A stretch of DNA of 64,000 nucleotides from Octopus sinensis. Taxonomy: Eukaryota. This document shows, in pieces, positions 1-12,080 of the stretch. Positions within the stretch are counted from its first letter, which is position 1. The number at the start of each line of letters is the position of its first letter. The notes below the pieces were generated by a model. The model was given only the letters and a program-made list of their open reading frames with translations, ran no database searches and had not been told where the DNA came from. The stretch covers positions 11,284,001-11,348,000 of the forward strand of contig NC_043014.1 of assembly GCF_006345805.1 (NCBI RefSeq). The letters run 5' to 3'. The position numbers and the translations under genes are program-made.

Positions 1-40
1 GCACATGCTCCCCGCAACATAGCTGTTATAATCAACAGCT

Positions 41-232
41 ATAGGCGAAGGAGTGGCTGTGTGGTAAGTAGCTTGCTTACCAACGACATGGTTCCAGGTT
101 CATTCCCACTGCGTGACACCTTGGGCAAGTGTCTTCTACTATAGCCTCGGGCCGACCAAAGCCTTGTGAGCGGATTTGGTAGACGGAAACTGAAAGAAAC
201 CCGTCCAATATATGTATATGTATATGTATATG

Positions 233-265
<33 letters not shown>

Positions 266-483
266 TTGTATCTGTGTTTGTCCCCGCAACATCGCTTGAC
301 AACCGATGCTGGTGTGTTTACGTCCCCGTAACTTAGCGGTTCGGCAAAAGAGACCGATAGAATAAGTACTAGGCTTACGGAGAATAAGTCCTGAGGTCGA
401 TTTGCTCGACTAAAGGCGGTGCTCCAACATGGCCACAGTCAAATGACTGAAACAAGTAAAAGAGTAAAAGAGAAATAAAAGAG
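41..483 (+). mobile_element. tRNA-headed SINE, family A (working label), full length with internal TA/TG microsatellite
   Basis: Head ATAGGCGAAGGAGTGGCTGTGTGGTAAG...GGTTCATTCCC, CORE-like GACACCTTGGGCAAGTG, microsatellite linker, tail ...CAGTCAAATGACTGAAACAAG(TAAAAGAG)n. About 20 full or partial copies occur in the window. Confidence 0.85.
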
Positions 484-1237
484 CTGTGCAATGGTTCATC
501 CCCAGCTCTTCAACACAGAACCGGACTGAAGTCAATTCCTTAACCCATGAGAAATGGAAAAGCACTACAGTCCTGAGAAGAAGGGTGCCACATTCAAACC
601 ATGTTTCTTTCCACACTGACACAACCTCCATGCGTCCTTGGCGCGAGCATCACCAATACATATTCCCACCACCTTTTCTTGTCCTCTTAAAATACTTTGT
701 TTAGCAAAATTTTCTTTTAGGTATAACAACCTTTTCTTGCAAGTATGAAACCGCCGCCTCCTCTGCTGCGTGATTAAAGGCCTATTTGGCTGCTATTTTT
801 AGCACATATGACAGCTACCACAATGACTGGAATATCTTCGTCAACATGTGCTTTCTCGCAGACGAAAGAGTTCTCATGTTTGGCTCGTTACAATGGAAAC
901 AATCATTCGCTAAAATTACCCAAAATTTTCAACCCTTTGATAGCTAATAACTATTTATTGATTTATGGCGAAAATGATTTCCATGACATTGATTAGCGTA
1001 TAAAAGTATATCATTACACTAAATATGAAATCAATTCGAACAGAAATTACAGAAACTGAAAATTGGTAGCCAAACGCTGTCGGGGTAGATAAAATAAGTA
1101 CCAGCGGATCACTAGGGTCGATGTAATTAACTCACCCTCTTTCACGAACTTGTTGACCTTGCGCCAACATTTGAAATCAATATGTGTCTGCTTTTAAATT
1201 GGTAAGTGAAAGCGTGTGATGAAACAGTTACTATGTT

Positions 1238-1822
1238 AAGGCGGTGAGCTGGCAGAAACGTTAGCAAGCCGGGCGAAATGCTTAGCGGTATTTCGTCTGC
1301 CGCTACGTTCTGAGTTCAAATCCCGCCGCGGTCGACTTTGCCTTTCATCCTTTCGGGGTCGATTAAATAAGTACCAGTTACGCACTGGGGTCGATATAAT
1401 CGACTTAATCCGTTTGTCTTTCCTTGTTCGTCCTCTCTGTGTTTAGCCCCTTATGGGTAATAAAAAATAGGTATTTCGTCTGCCGCTACATTCTGAGTTC
1501 AAATTCCACCGAGGTCCTTTCGGGGTCGATTAAATAAGTACCAGTTACGCACTGGGGTCGATATAATCGACTTAATCCATCTGTCTGTCCTTGTTTGTCG
1601 CCTCTGTGTTTAGCCCCTTGTGGGTAGTAAAGAAATAGGTATTTCGGCTGCCGCTACGTTCTGAGTTCAAATTACGCCGCGGTCGACTTTGCCTTTCATC
1701 CTTTCGGGGTCGATTAAGTAAGAACCAGTTACGCACTGGCGTCGATACAATCGACTTAATCCATTTGTCTGTCCTTTTTTGTCACCTGTGTGTGTAGCCC
1801 CTTGTGGGCAGTAAAGACAGAA
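1238..1822 (+). mobile_element. SINE family B array: tRNA-like head plus 3 tandem ~170-184 bp units
   Basis: Head GGCGGTGAGCTGGCAGAAACG, B-box GAGTTCAAAT, units starting at 1287, 1470 and 1638. 17-bp TSD GAAACAGTTA(C/A)TATGTT at 1221-1237 and 1823-1839. Confidence 0.85.
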
Positions 1823-2261
1823 GAAACAGTTAATATGTTGCTCTATCAATCACAAGACAGTGGTTTCGATTCATTGACAGGGTGTTGCGGTTTTTCTTTT
1901 CTTTCTTTTTTTCGTTTTTTTTTTTTTTTGAACGAAACACCTCATTCCAAGTTGCTCCAGTTCAGCTGTAAATGAATAACCATGCCGCAGGCCCACTTCT
2001 CATTTAGGGAGAATGATCTCAGTCACTTATATAAAGCATAGAAACTGGGTAACTGGCCCCATGACACCTAGGATTTGAGACATTAATGTCCAGGGAGTTT
2101 ACTTTTATTTAAGTCGGTAACGAGTCCTTTTCAGTATCAACCAGAACCATTTAATCTGTAGATCAGATTTCATCCAAGAGCCGATTAATCTGCAAGAGCC
2201 ACAAATTGCCCTCCCCCCTTTTTTTTGTCAATTCTGTGGGTTCGATAAAATACATTTCCCA

Positions 2262-2382
2262 ACCACGTGGTTCCTAGTTCAGTTCCACTGCACAGCACCT
2301 TGCACAAATGTCTTCCACTATAACCTCAAGTCGACCAAAGCCTTGTGAGTGGATTTGGTTGACGGAAACTGACAGAAACATG

Positions 2383-2424
<42 letters not shown>

Positions 2425-2664
2425 TGTGTGTGTGTGTGTATGTATATGTATATATGTACGCACGTGCGTGCTTGCGTGCGTCTTTGTGTGTCCCACCACT
2501 GATTGACAACCGGTGTTGGTGTGTTTACGTCCTCGTAACCTAGCGGTTCTGCAAAAGAGGTCGATAGAATAAGTAGCAGGCTCTAAAAAGAAGATAAATC
2601 CTGGCGTCGATTAGTTCAAGGCGGTGCCCCAGCATGGCCACAATCAAATACTGAAACAAGTAAA
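2262..2664 (+). mobile_element. SINE family A, diverged copy
   Basis: Same CORE-like, microsatellite and tail layout as 41-483, with a degenerate head. Confidence 0.75.
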
Positions 2665-2996
2665 TTTTCTTTAATAATCAAAGATTATTGATGATTTAAA
2701 TTATGAAAAGCATTTTATTAAGCTAATCCTCCATTTTCGTAGAGGATTTATTATGAAACTACCATCCTTAGATTAAGTTTTTGCCGTCTGTCAACCCTCA
2801 CCCGAATCTCCTTCAACCCCAGCTTTACTGCGGGTTGTTCGAGTAAATGTCCGTTGCTTGGTAGGTTTCTGGTAATCAGTTACTGAATGATGTGTGATAA
2901 CCAAGAGAGATTAAGGTTTCCAGACATATATACATACATTTATTTATTAACGGAGACTCTTACCTATCATAATACAGAAACACTTCCCATGGCAGC

Positions 2997-3375
2997 AGGG
3001 CGAAATGCTTAGCGGTGTTTCGTCTGCCGTTACGTTCTGAGTTCAAATTCCGCCGAGGTCGACTTTGCCTTTCATCCTTTCGGGGTCGATAAATTAAGTA
3101 CCAGTTACACACCGGGGTCGATCTAATCGACATAATCTGTTTGTCTGTCCTTGTTTGTCCTCTCTGTGTTTAGCCCCTTGTAGGTAATAAAGAAATAGGT
3201 ATTTCGTCTGCCGTTACGTTCTGAGTTCAAATTCCGCCGAGGACGACTTTGCCTTTCATCCTTTCGGGGTCGATAAATTAAGTACCAGTTACACACTGAG
3301 GTCGATCTACTCGACTTAATCCCTTTGTCTGTCCTTGTTTGTCCCCTCTATGTTTAGCTATTTGTGGGCAATAAA
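2997..3375 (+). mobile_element. SINE family B, 2 tandem units, 5'-truncated head
   Basis: Junction AAAGAAATA|GGTATTTCGTCTG near 3198. Confidence 0.8.
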
Positions 3376-3384
3376 GAAATAAGA

Positions 3385-3804
3385 ATGGAAAACGCGTTGC
3401 TCGGGGCAGATAGCGAGTAAGGTGCACGGGAACAGCTACTCTGATTTACGGGGCTCGCACTTCCGGACAGTAATCTTTGCTCCGATATCGGTGAGCGGAG
3501 ATACAGCCCGGGGGGTGGGGAGCCAAGAACGCCGGACGTCTCAACTGCCACTGTTTCGACCATAAGCCTGTCAGAGAGCAACTGGTACCGTGACAGTGTG
3601 TTTTTCTCAAGCTGACGAGCAGCGGAGTCTGGGCTGGTAGCTGACAACACCAAGTTTTTGCTGGAGAAGGTGTCACAGCATGTGTCATCCCAGGTGAGGG
3701 GCCTGCCGTCACGGAACGAGAAAATTGTCATGCCGTCTGACCTACTGTTCCCTCAGTCTAGCCCCTGCTGGCTCCAGCTGGGAAGGGAAGCCTGCGGCGT
3801 CTAA
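3385..3804 (+). pseudogene. Decayed Gypsy-type LTR retrotransposon gag fragment
   Basis: One frame of 140 codons with 3 internal stops. TISLSESNWYR and FLLEKVSQHVSSQVR...SDLL resemble Gypsy gag motifs (SLSESxRLRQ, FLQRLPSNVR) as I recall them. GC-rich island. No LTR or pol seen. Confidence 0.5.
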
Positions 3805-3843
3805 ACCTGCGGCGTCTAGGCCTACGACGTCTAGGCCTGCAGA
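3790..3843. repeat. ~16-bp tandem repeat (GCCTGCGGCGTCTAG-like, about 3.5 copies)
   Basis: GCCTGCGGCGTCTAA / ACCTGCGGCGTCTAG / GCCTACGACGTCTAG / GCCTGCAGAC read directly. Confidence 0.7.
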
Positions 3844-4272
3844 CACTCGTATTCTTAACTAACTACAAGGTGTACACTTTGCTTTGAGGACAAGAGATCT
3901 GTTCTCAGGACAAACCATTTTCATAAGTTTGTCGAATATGCCCAACTTGTTCTTAGACTATCCATTAGCTCTTGTTTCATGCTTTCTTAGTAACATAGAG
4001 CTTCCCTTTCATAAGTCCTAAGTTAATTGGTCATTCCAAGCATAGAGTTTGTTATTGAATCCAGGCTTTTTTTTTCTTGGAATGACCAATTTTAAATACC
4101 GTTGGAACTTATTCACAAGGTACAAGAACCTTATATATATACCATTCTGCCTAAATAATGGAACTACAGATACAATATCCCTGCTTTTCCCAGTTCTATT
4201 TTCATTTCTCCACTTCACTCTCTATTTCATATCTTATCTAGAATAACCATTGCTTAACCATCTTCTCACACC

Positions 4273-4320
4273 GTCTCCGATGAAGGGATATATAAAATAA
4301 CCCGGAAACAGCTGTAAGAC
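4273..4320 (+). ncRNA. Minimal type-I hammerhead-like motif (U4C core variant) in a Penelope-like repeat
   Basis: GTCT-CCGATGA-A-GGGATAT..ATAACCC-G-GAAA-CAGCTG-TA-AGAC. Helix I GTCT/AGAC, palindromic helix III ACAGCTGT, GUA triplet. Second copy at 56643-56694. Confidence 0.6.
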
Positions 4321-4588
4321 CATCTCTTTATAAATGTTCTGAAATCTTTCACAGCTTTGGATTTTTATCTCATTCTGTTAATAATTTTTATATATACACA
4401 TGCTGATATATGACCTACGTTGACCTCTTTCGTATAATTACCGAACCTGGAGCTTAACTATAGACTGTCCATAGCACTTACTCAGCATTACCTGACACCT
4501 TTGGGTCTTATTGACACCATTACCTCTCATAACCCCCCTCTCTCTCGCTATATATATGGACCGAAATATACATATATATATATATATA

Positions 4589-4996
4589 CTCTTTTACTCT
4601 TTTACATGTTTCAGTCATTTGACTGCGGCCATGCTGGAGCACCGCCTTTTAGTCGAGCAACTCGACCCCGGGACTTATTCTTTGTAAGCCCAGTACTTAT
4701 TCTATCGGTCTCTTTTGCCGAACCGCTAGGTGACGGGGACGTAAACACACCAGCATCGGTTGTCAAGCAATGCTAGGGGTACAAACACAGACCCACAAAC
4801 ACATACACATACATACATATACATACATATATACGACAGGCTTCTTTCAGTTTCCGTCTACCAAATCCACTCACAAGGCATTGGTCGGCCCGGGGCTATA
4901 GCAGAAGACACTTGCCCAAGATGCCACGCAGTGGGACTGAACCCGGAACCATGTGGTTGGTTAGCAAGCTACTTACCACACAGCCACTCCTGCGCC

Positions 4997-4998
<2 letters not shown>
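4589..4998 (-). mobile_element. SINE family A, full length, inserted in (TA)n
   Basis: Reverse complement of the family A layout, with TA runs on both flanks. Confidence 0.85.
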
Positions 4999-5037
<39 letters not shown>

Positions 5038-5964
5038 ATACATACATGCATACATAAATATATACATACATACACACATACATATGTATATTTATCGTAT
5101 TTCATGGCATATATGACTCACACCAGTTTCAACATCCTCCATTCAAGATTCGGGGTGATTTTATGACACAAACTACTTTTTTATGTGTGTGTGGGGGGGG
5201 GGGGGAAGCGTCTTATATGTGTCAAATACAGTATACATACATACATACATACATACATACATACATACATGATACATGCATACACACGAAGGCATATATA
5301 ATTATATACATATAGTGAGAGAGAGAGAGAGGAAGAGAGAGTGAGTGAGTGAGTATCTGTGTGCGCGTGTGGGTGAGCGCGCACGTATGAATTAGTTAGA
5401 GAGAGAGACGGAGAAGTAAGACATGCATATTCTTTGATATGCAGAACAAGAGCACTCACTGTAAAAGAATTTCATAGAGTGAGATTTGTATAGAATTATC
5501 TTCATTGATATCCAATGATGTCGATAATTTGTTTCTATTGAATTTATGTACTTGTTCTATGATGGCTGTATAAGCCTGTTTTCTACCTAAAAGAACCCTG
5601 GCATAAGAGGTCATAAGATTTAGAGCGCAGTTGGTACCAACAGTTTTTTATGCCAACCTGTTTCCGAGTACGTAGTAGCTAAAGAGTGTTCCTCCCATAC
5701 GGGACAGCCCTTGATTCTCCTTGCCCCCGGCTCCCCCCAAAACCTCTACAGGCTTATACAGCAGGCCCAAAGTGCTGCCCCATAAAAACATCGCCTAAAT
5801 TCCCCTGGCCCTTCTTTTTCGGCCATGCTATTGTCTGCTTTCGTTCGTTGGCAGCTGTGTCTGTGAGCCTCCTTTTTGCAGTTACTTTCGAAAAAAAGTC
5901 GCATCCATAGAAACATTTTATCATTCAGGGAGGACGATTAGGTGTCTCAAACGTTCAGGAAGAA

Positions 5965-6118
5965 ACCTCAATTCTATTAAAGATTTCGAATATTGGATTC
6001 AGCTGATGTTTGTATTAACGCCTCGGAATTTCTACTGGGTGTTTTCCTTCTTGTAATTGTCTATACACAAGTAGCTTCCCTGTCGATGATGTTGTCAAGG
6101 ACTTCAATTCATGATGTT
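5965..6118 (-). pseudogene. RTE-clade LINE ORF C-terminal fragment
   Basis: Minus strand reads KLLVYRQLQEGKHPVEIPRR*YKHQL, resembling the RTE motif xLLYGELxEGKRPxGRPRxRYKD. Confidence 0.6.
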
Positions 6119-6124
6119 AGTTGT

Positions 6125-6446
6125 GAAGTATGTTCCTTCTCGAGCCATGCCTGGCTCACAAGGGCCGACTTCCCGGTTTCCTTGGCGTATAGGTTCCCCG
6201 CCTGTCCGTCACAGTTGAGCTGCAAGATGCAGGAGGAAAGAGAGGGAGAGAGAGAAAGAGCGAGAGAGAGAGAGAGCGAAAGTTGTAGCGAAGGAGTCAA
6301 CAGAAGTTCGCCATTGCCTTCTGCCGGAGCCGCGTGGAGCTTAGGTGTTTCGCTCATAAACACACACATCGCCCGGTCTGTGATTCGAACCCGCGATTCC
6401 TCGACCGCGAGTCCGCTGCTCTAACCACCCGGCCATGTGCCTTCAC
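6125..6446 (-). mobile_element. tRNA-headed SINE, head C plus tail H
   Basis: Head ...TGGCCGGGTGGTTAGAGCAGCGGACTCGCGGTC...GGTTCGAATC. Homologous to 16690-17004 and 56250-56549. Confidence 0.8.
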
Positions 6447-6556
6447 GGTAGTTGTGAAGGTTCTTCATTAAGATATGAAAGATGCATAAAGGGGAAAACT
6501 ATCAGCGCCACTTTAGCATATATTCTACCTGGTCATTTACACTTTAGTGCGCAGTC

Positions 6557-6690
6557 TAACCGTAATTTTAACCCTAAACCCTAACACTAACCATTAAACC
6601 TTAACCCTTACCCTGGCCTAGACATAACCATAATCATTAAGCCCTAAATCCTTAACCCTAATCATAAACTCTAATCCCAATCCTTACCCA
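6557..6690. repeat. Degenerate telomere-like (TAACCC)n tract
   Basis: TTAACCCTAAACCCTAACACTAACC...TTAACCCTTACCC...TTAACCCTAA. Confidence 0.55.
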
Positions 6691-7541
6691 GATCAGATCG
6701 TTTCACAGCGTAAACTACAGATACTGCGGTGGGCTGCCTCTATTGGGACAGGTCAAACAGATTTATGGTCTTATTTAATTTATATTTTGTACACTGGGAA
6801 CCCTGGCGGTCAAGTTAGAACAACTAAAAGAACCAATGACTGTACTTCTCAGCTTCAATATGCTGATGATAACATCATCAGGGAACAGTCCTGAGGATCC
6901 AAAAACTACTTCAGATATTGTTTACGCCATAAAAATTTAGAAACTTCGAGAGAGCGGGAAATAATTATTTCTAAATTCTTATAAGTTTCTAAATTCTTAT
7001 AACATAATCAAAGTACAATACCCGTGGGTAAGAATTAGGTTTCTAAAATGGGTAAAGGCATTCGAAGGATAGCTTTGGTTCAGTAGCAGAACAATGTCTG
7101 TTGTGTTTATGGATGATATGGGTTTAGGTCCCACGAGCAGCTGTTGTCTATTGATTTTTTCTACCTAAAGGGTATTTTTTTTAAAACAACATTTACATAC
7201 TATTATTTACATCTGTACCTTATCTTAAGGCGACGAGCTGGCAAAATCGCTAACACGTCAGGCGAAATGCTTAGCAGCATTTTCCAAACCACCTTCTGCC
7301 GAGGTCGACATTGCATTTCATCCTTCAAGTGGCAATAAAATAAGTACCTGCTGAGCACCCCTTTCACACAATTGTCCTCCAATATATATATTGTTTTTAA
7401 AAACTGCACGTCCATATGAGATGTTATCTCTGGACGAATACCGCAGTAAATATGCCTTTTAATGATGTATTTATATTAAGTATGATACATAGATGGCTAT
7501 TTTAGTTTTAATGCGATTGTTTTGCATATAACGGTTGTTTA

Positions 7542-7721
7542 CAGTGCCGTCTGAAGACATGGGCAAACTGGACAGTTACCCAGTGGATCCACATGTTTAG
7601 GCACATGTTTAGGGGCCTAATTCTGATATATGTATTCTGTGTCTTAATGTCAATATATAAATTCCATAGGGTCCAGTTCACTCATTTACGCGGGGCCTAA
7701 AATGTTGATAAGACGGCCCTG
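7542..7721. mobile_element. Possible hAT-type MITE
   Basis: 11-bp inverted termini CAGTGCCGTCT / AGACGGCCCTG with 1 mismatch. No 8-bp TSD visible. Confidence 0.4.
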
Positions 7722-7727
7722 GACATA

Positions 7728-7939
7728 CACTGGCAAAAATAAATTTAAGACCGATAATAAAAGTTCTATTTCTTACAAAATATTTTGTTACTAACACCAT
7801 ACAAATCATTTTCATCTGTTACACCTTATGCAGAATTTATTTCACTTTCGAATGATGCAGACAATAACTATTTTTATACATAAATATTTTGTAAGAAATA
7901 GAACTTTTATCATTGGTCTTAAATTTATTTTCGCCAGTG
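7728..7939. mobile_element. Tc1/mariner-type MITE (212 bp)
   Basis: ~58-bp TIRs CACTGGC(A/G)AAAATAAATTTAAGACC... with 3 mismatches. TA TSD at 7726-7727 and 7940-7941. Confidence 0.9.
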
Positions 7940-8029
7940 TATATTGAATATTTTAGATACGATAAATGAAGGAACAACTTTCAAAATACCATTTTGAATG
8001 TAAAAGAATTCGTATTCCATTATTAGACT

Positions 8030-8480
8030 TCAACATAGGTCTTCCCGGTAGCAAGCTTTCTCCACCGTTGCCGATCTGCAGCGGTTCTACCAGTATTTAA
8101 TGTTTTCCTGGAGTATCTGGTGCTAGCTGTTTTTGTGGGGTCGACACTTTTTCCCGTTTGTTTTTCTGCTAACGATGTCATTTGCAGTTTTTGCACACTG
8201 AACTGCTGTCAGGCGCAAAATGTGACCAACCAGGCGAAACCGATGTACTGCTGGCTGGGATTTTGCTTCGTGGAAGGATTTTCTTACATGCATTTTCCGT
8301 AGACACCATTGATGGAATACATCTAGTTCCTTGGCACATTCGCCGACATTTTCCACGTTTCACTGCTATTCAAATCCTTTAGCAGAACTATTACCCTTTA
8401 TAACACGGCCTTTATATCAATACTGATTCTCGTTGTTATCCAGAATTGGAGCATAGGATGAAATAGGTCCCCTACTTGAC
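8030..8480 (-). pseudogene. RTE-clade LINE reverse transcriptase C-terminal remnant (frameshifted)
   Basis: SETWKM, ELDVFHQWCLRKM, RLVGHILR, AKTA and GKK-RP motifs across frames. Confidence 0.8.
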
Positions 8481-8644
8481 CATTCTGTTGTTCATATTCT
8501 TTTCTATTTCTTCCTCTATTCTGACCACACTGCCCAGGTAAGAGAAATTGCAAATATCTTCCACAGCAGATGAAGTAAATGTCGGTGTCATACTTGCATC
8601 TCTGTTCTATAAAAGCCTAACAACCACTAAAGAAACAAATGAAA

Positions 8645-9420
8645 AGGCAGCGAGCTAGCAGAAACGCTAGCAAGCCGGCGAAATGCTTAGCCATATTTCG
8701 TCTGCCGCTACGTTCTGAGTTCAAATTCCGCCGAGGTCGACTTTGCCTTTCACCCTTTCGGGGTCGATAAATTAAGTACCAGTTACGCACTAGGGTTCAC
8801 GTAAGCGACATAATCCGTTTGTCTGTCCTTATTTGTCGCCTCTGTGTTTAACCCCTTGCGGGTAGTAAAGAAATAGGTATTTCGTCTGGCGCTATGTTCT
8901 GAGTTCAAATTCCGCCGAGGTCGACTTTGCCTTTCACCCTTTCGGGGTCGATAAATTAAGTACCAGTTACGCACTAGGGTTCACGTAATCGACATAATCC
9001 GTTTGTCTGTCCTTGTTTGTCGCCTCTGTGTTTAACCCCTTGCGGGTAGTAAAGAAATAGGTATTTCGTCTGGCGCTATGTTCTGAGTTCAAATTCCGCC
9101 GAGGTCGACTTTGCTTTTCATCCTTTCGGGGTCGATAAATTAAGTACTAGTTACGAACTGGGGTCGATATAATCGACTTAATACGTTTGTCTGTCCTTGT
9201 TTGTCCCCTCTGTGTTTAGCCCCTTGTGGGTAGTAAAGAAATAGGGATTTCGTCTGCCGTTACGTTCTGAGTTCAAATTCCGCCGAGGTCGTCTTTGCTT
9301 TTCATCTTTTCGAGGTCGATAAATTAAGTACCAGTTACTGGGGTCGATATAATCGACTTAATCCGTTTGTCTGTCCTTGTTTGTCCACTCTATGTTTAAC
9401 CCATGGGCAATAAAGAAATA
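8645..9420 (+). mobile_element. SINE family B array, 4 units, 184-bp period
   Basis: Unit junctions at 8876, 9060 and 9244. Confidence 0.9.
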
Positions 9421-9544
9421 AGAACCTACTTCATATGGTTTCTCTTGTGATGATTGTGAACTCCAAGCACGCAGCGAGGCAGGGCTTGCTTCCCACATTA
9501 ACAAGCATAAACCTACTCAATATCACCATCATTTACTGAAATCT

Positions 9545-9715
9545 TTCTTGAGAACATACTCTTCGTGGTAAGGCGATTTGATGTCTATCTTTAGCATATT
9601 TGGAATCCACTTTCATGGTCATTCCTCTTAAATTGTATGTAATATAATTTTTAATCTTCGGATTTTTAAAATAAGTCACTGGTTTTAATTGATTAATATC
9701 AGTTTCTACCCTCAT
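9545..9715. repeat. Unclassified interspersed repeat, with diverged copies at ~18215-18390 and ~23787-23870
   Basis: Shared CTTGAGAAC...GTGG, TAGCATA...TCCACTT and AATTGATTAATATCA.TTTCTACCCT. Confidence 0.6.
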
Positions 9716-10377
9716 TATCTAATATTTATTTCAATGTTTAAAAAAAATCTGACTGAATCTTACGTCAAAACTGTAGTGAAAATTTTCAACATGTGTTCCG
9801 TCTCAATCCCTACAAATTTCAAATCTATCCTTAGCATTGCGACCCCCATTTTGAAACATTTCAGGAGTTATCTACTGCACTGCTAACTGAATGCGTTCAG
9901 CTAAACTATTGCTCTACCCTGTGAGTGGAGGCAGAGAAAATGATTGCAGTCATATTGTAAAAAAAACTGTCGTGGACCAATAAGCAAGATCTGACAGAAA
10001 TGAAAAAAAATTATTAAAAAAATTATTAAAAACATTATAAAAAATAAAATTATAAGGAAAATTAAACATTTGTACTCTTTTAACGCATATTAAACATGAT
10101 AAATATAAATAAAAGTGAGTTTTGAAAAAATTGTCCAATTTCACTGAAATAAATAATTAATTCTGGGACACCCAGTATATTCGGCCTGTTGCTTCTTATT
10201 ATTCCCTCTACAACGTCATTTCGTTGTTTCCCACAGCTTGCATTTTTGTTCCCACGAAATAATCATAGCTTTTCCCCTACATACAAAACCTAATTTTTTT
10301 ACATACAAAACCTAATTTTGCAAAAAAATTCCGATGAATTATTGCAACAGCCTTATCATGCCAATAAGTTTTGTGTT

Positions 10378-10790
10378 ATAGCACAGGTATCAGCTATGTG
10401 GTTAAGAAGCATACTTTGCAATAACGTGGTTTTGGTTTCGGCCCCACTACGCAAAAATTTGAGCAAGTGCCGCCTCCAGGCTGACCAATAACTTGTGAGT
10501 GAATTTGGTAGACGGAAACAGTGGAAATCTACCGTGTACATATGTGTATATATATTTATTCTTTTATTTGTTTCAGTCATTTGATTGCGGCCATACTGGA
10601 GCACCACCTTAAAGGGCATTTTTAGTCGAAGAAATCGACCCCAGGACTTATTCTTTTTAAGCCTAGTACTTATTCTATAGGTCTCCTTTGCTGAATCGCT
10701 AAGTTACGGGGACGTACGTAAACATATCAACATCGGTTGTCAAGCGATGGCGGCGGGACAAACGCAGCCACACACATAAACACATACATA
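10378..10790. mobile_element. Family A-related SINE pieces: old head (+, 10378-10535) and tail (-, 10561-10790)
   Basis: TTTGGTAGACGGAAAC head end on +, and TTTCAGTCATTTGATTGCGGCCATACTGGAGCACC tail on -. Confidence 0.65.
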
Positions 10791-10813
10791 CATAGATACA
10801 TACATACATACAT

Positions 10814-10890
<77 letters not shown>

Positions 10891-11013
10891 AATATATATA
10901 AAAATACAAAATGGGACAAGAACGCAAAACATTCAAATAGACGACACAAAAAAGGGACGGGTCATTCGAAGTCTCTAATCTTCAGTCAAGAACCGGATCA
11001 TTCTCGCAATGTG

Positions 11014-11044
<31 letters not shown>

Positions 11045-11134
11045 TGTGTGTGTGTGTGGTGTGTGTGTGTATGTATGTATGTATGTGTGTGTGTATGTAT
11101 GTATGTATGTATGTATGTATGTATGTATATATAT

Positions 11135-11427
11135 TGCATGGTCACATGATCGACCAGATTCTCGGATGTTGCTATACATCGCTAGTCACAATGCTCTTTA
11201 CATCGTTTTAGCCTTCGAATGATGCCACCCCGCTGGCAAGGCGGCCAACATCATCCGTGATAACAAGTCTGGTCCGTCGCAAGGTTACCTATTTACAGGT
11301 AAGTGAACTGGAGCATCGTTAAATTAAGTGTCTTGCTCAAGAACACAATACGCAGCCGGCCTGGTATTCGAAACCACGATCTTAGAGTCATGAGTGCGAC
11401 GTATCTAAACACTAGGCTGTGCGCCTT
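11135..11427 (-). mobile_element. tRNA-headed SINE, head F plus tail E
   Basis: Head F with CTTGAGCAAGACACTTAA. Tail shared with 43808-44110. Confidence 0.7.
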
Positions 11428-11472
11428 TACACACAAACACACATGTGTCTGTGCGTATGTATAAACACAGAT

Positions 11473-11519
<47 letters not shown>

Positions 11520-11539
11520 TACACACACACACACATTTA

Positions 11540-11752
11540 CAGGGTGATTCAAAAGTCGTCATACATAGGAACAATTTATCTTTTTTATAAGAAACAGTTT
11601 ATAAGAATAGTTTTTTTTTATGCAACAGGCTCTGTATGGTTACCATTGTTTTGAATACACATTGCAATACGTTTAGCCCACTCATTGTGAACTCGTAATA
11701 GCAAATCTGGTGATACGTGTGCAAAGGAGTTGGTGATGCGTTCCTTCAAATG
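11540..11752 (-). mobile_element. Tc1/mariner-superfamily 3' end with transposase C-terminus
   Basis: Terminus TA|CAGGGTGATTCAAAAGTC. Minus strand reads HLKERITNSFAHVSPDLLLRVHNEWAKRIAMCIQNNGNHTEPVA*. Confidence 0.75.
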
Positions 11753-11768
11753 ATTTTATCGACGGTAT

Positions 11769-12000
11769 AGGCGGCAAGCTGGCAGAAACGTTAGCACGCC
11801 GGGCGAAATGCGTAGCCGCATTTCGTCAGCAGTTACGTTCTGAGTTCAAATTCCGCCGAGGTCGACTTTGCTTTTCATCCTTTCGGGGTCGATTAAATAA
11901 GTGCCAGTTACGCACTGGGGTCGATATAATCGACTTAATCTGTTTGTCTGTCGTTGTTTGTCCTCTGTGTGTTTAGCCCCTTGTGGGTAGTAAAGAAATA
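11769..12000 (+). mobile_element. SINE family B single long unit, inserted into an older antisense B copy
   Basis: GGTAT duplicated at 11764-11768 and 12001-12005. Confidence 0.85.
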
Positions 12001-12080
12001 GGTATTTGATCTCAGAATGTCGAGGTGGAAGAAATGCCGTTAAGCATTCTGCCAGCTCGCCGCCTTAGATATATAAACGA

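Noticed and set aside
5480-5900. GC-rich patch with partly open minus-strand frames
   Set aside because: No convincing protein motif in any frame, so it cannot be assigned.
6864-6885. CTGATGA motif as a hammerhead core
   Set aside because: It is part of a simple CTGATGA/TCATCAG hairpin with no properly placed GAAA or helices.
8645-9420. CRISPR-like or retrozyme-like array
   Set aside because: There are no unique spacers. I found no CUGANGA/GAAA hammerhead core on either strand of the 184-bp unit.
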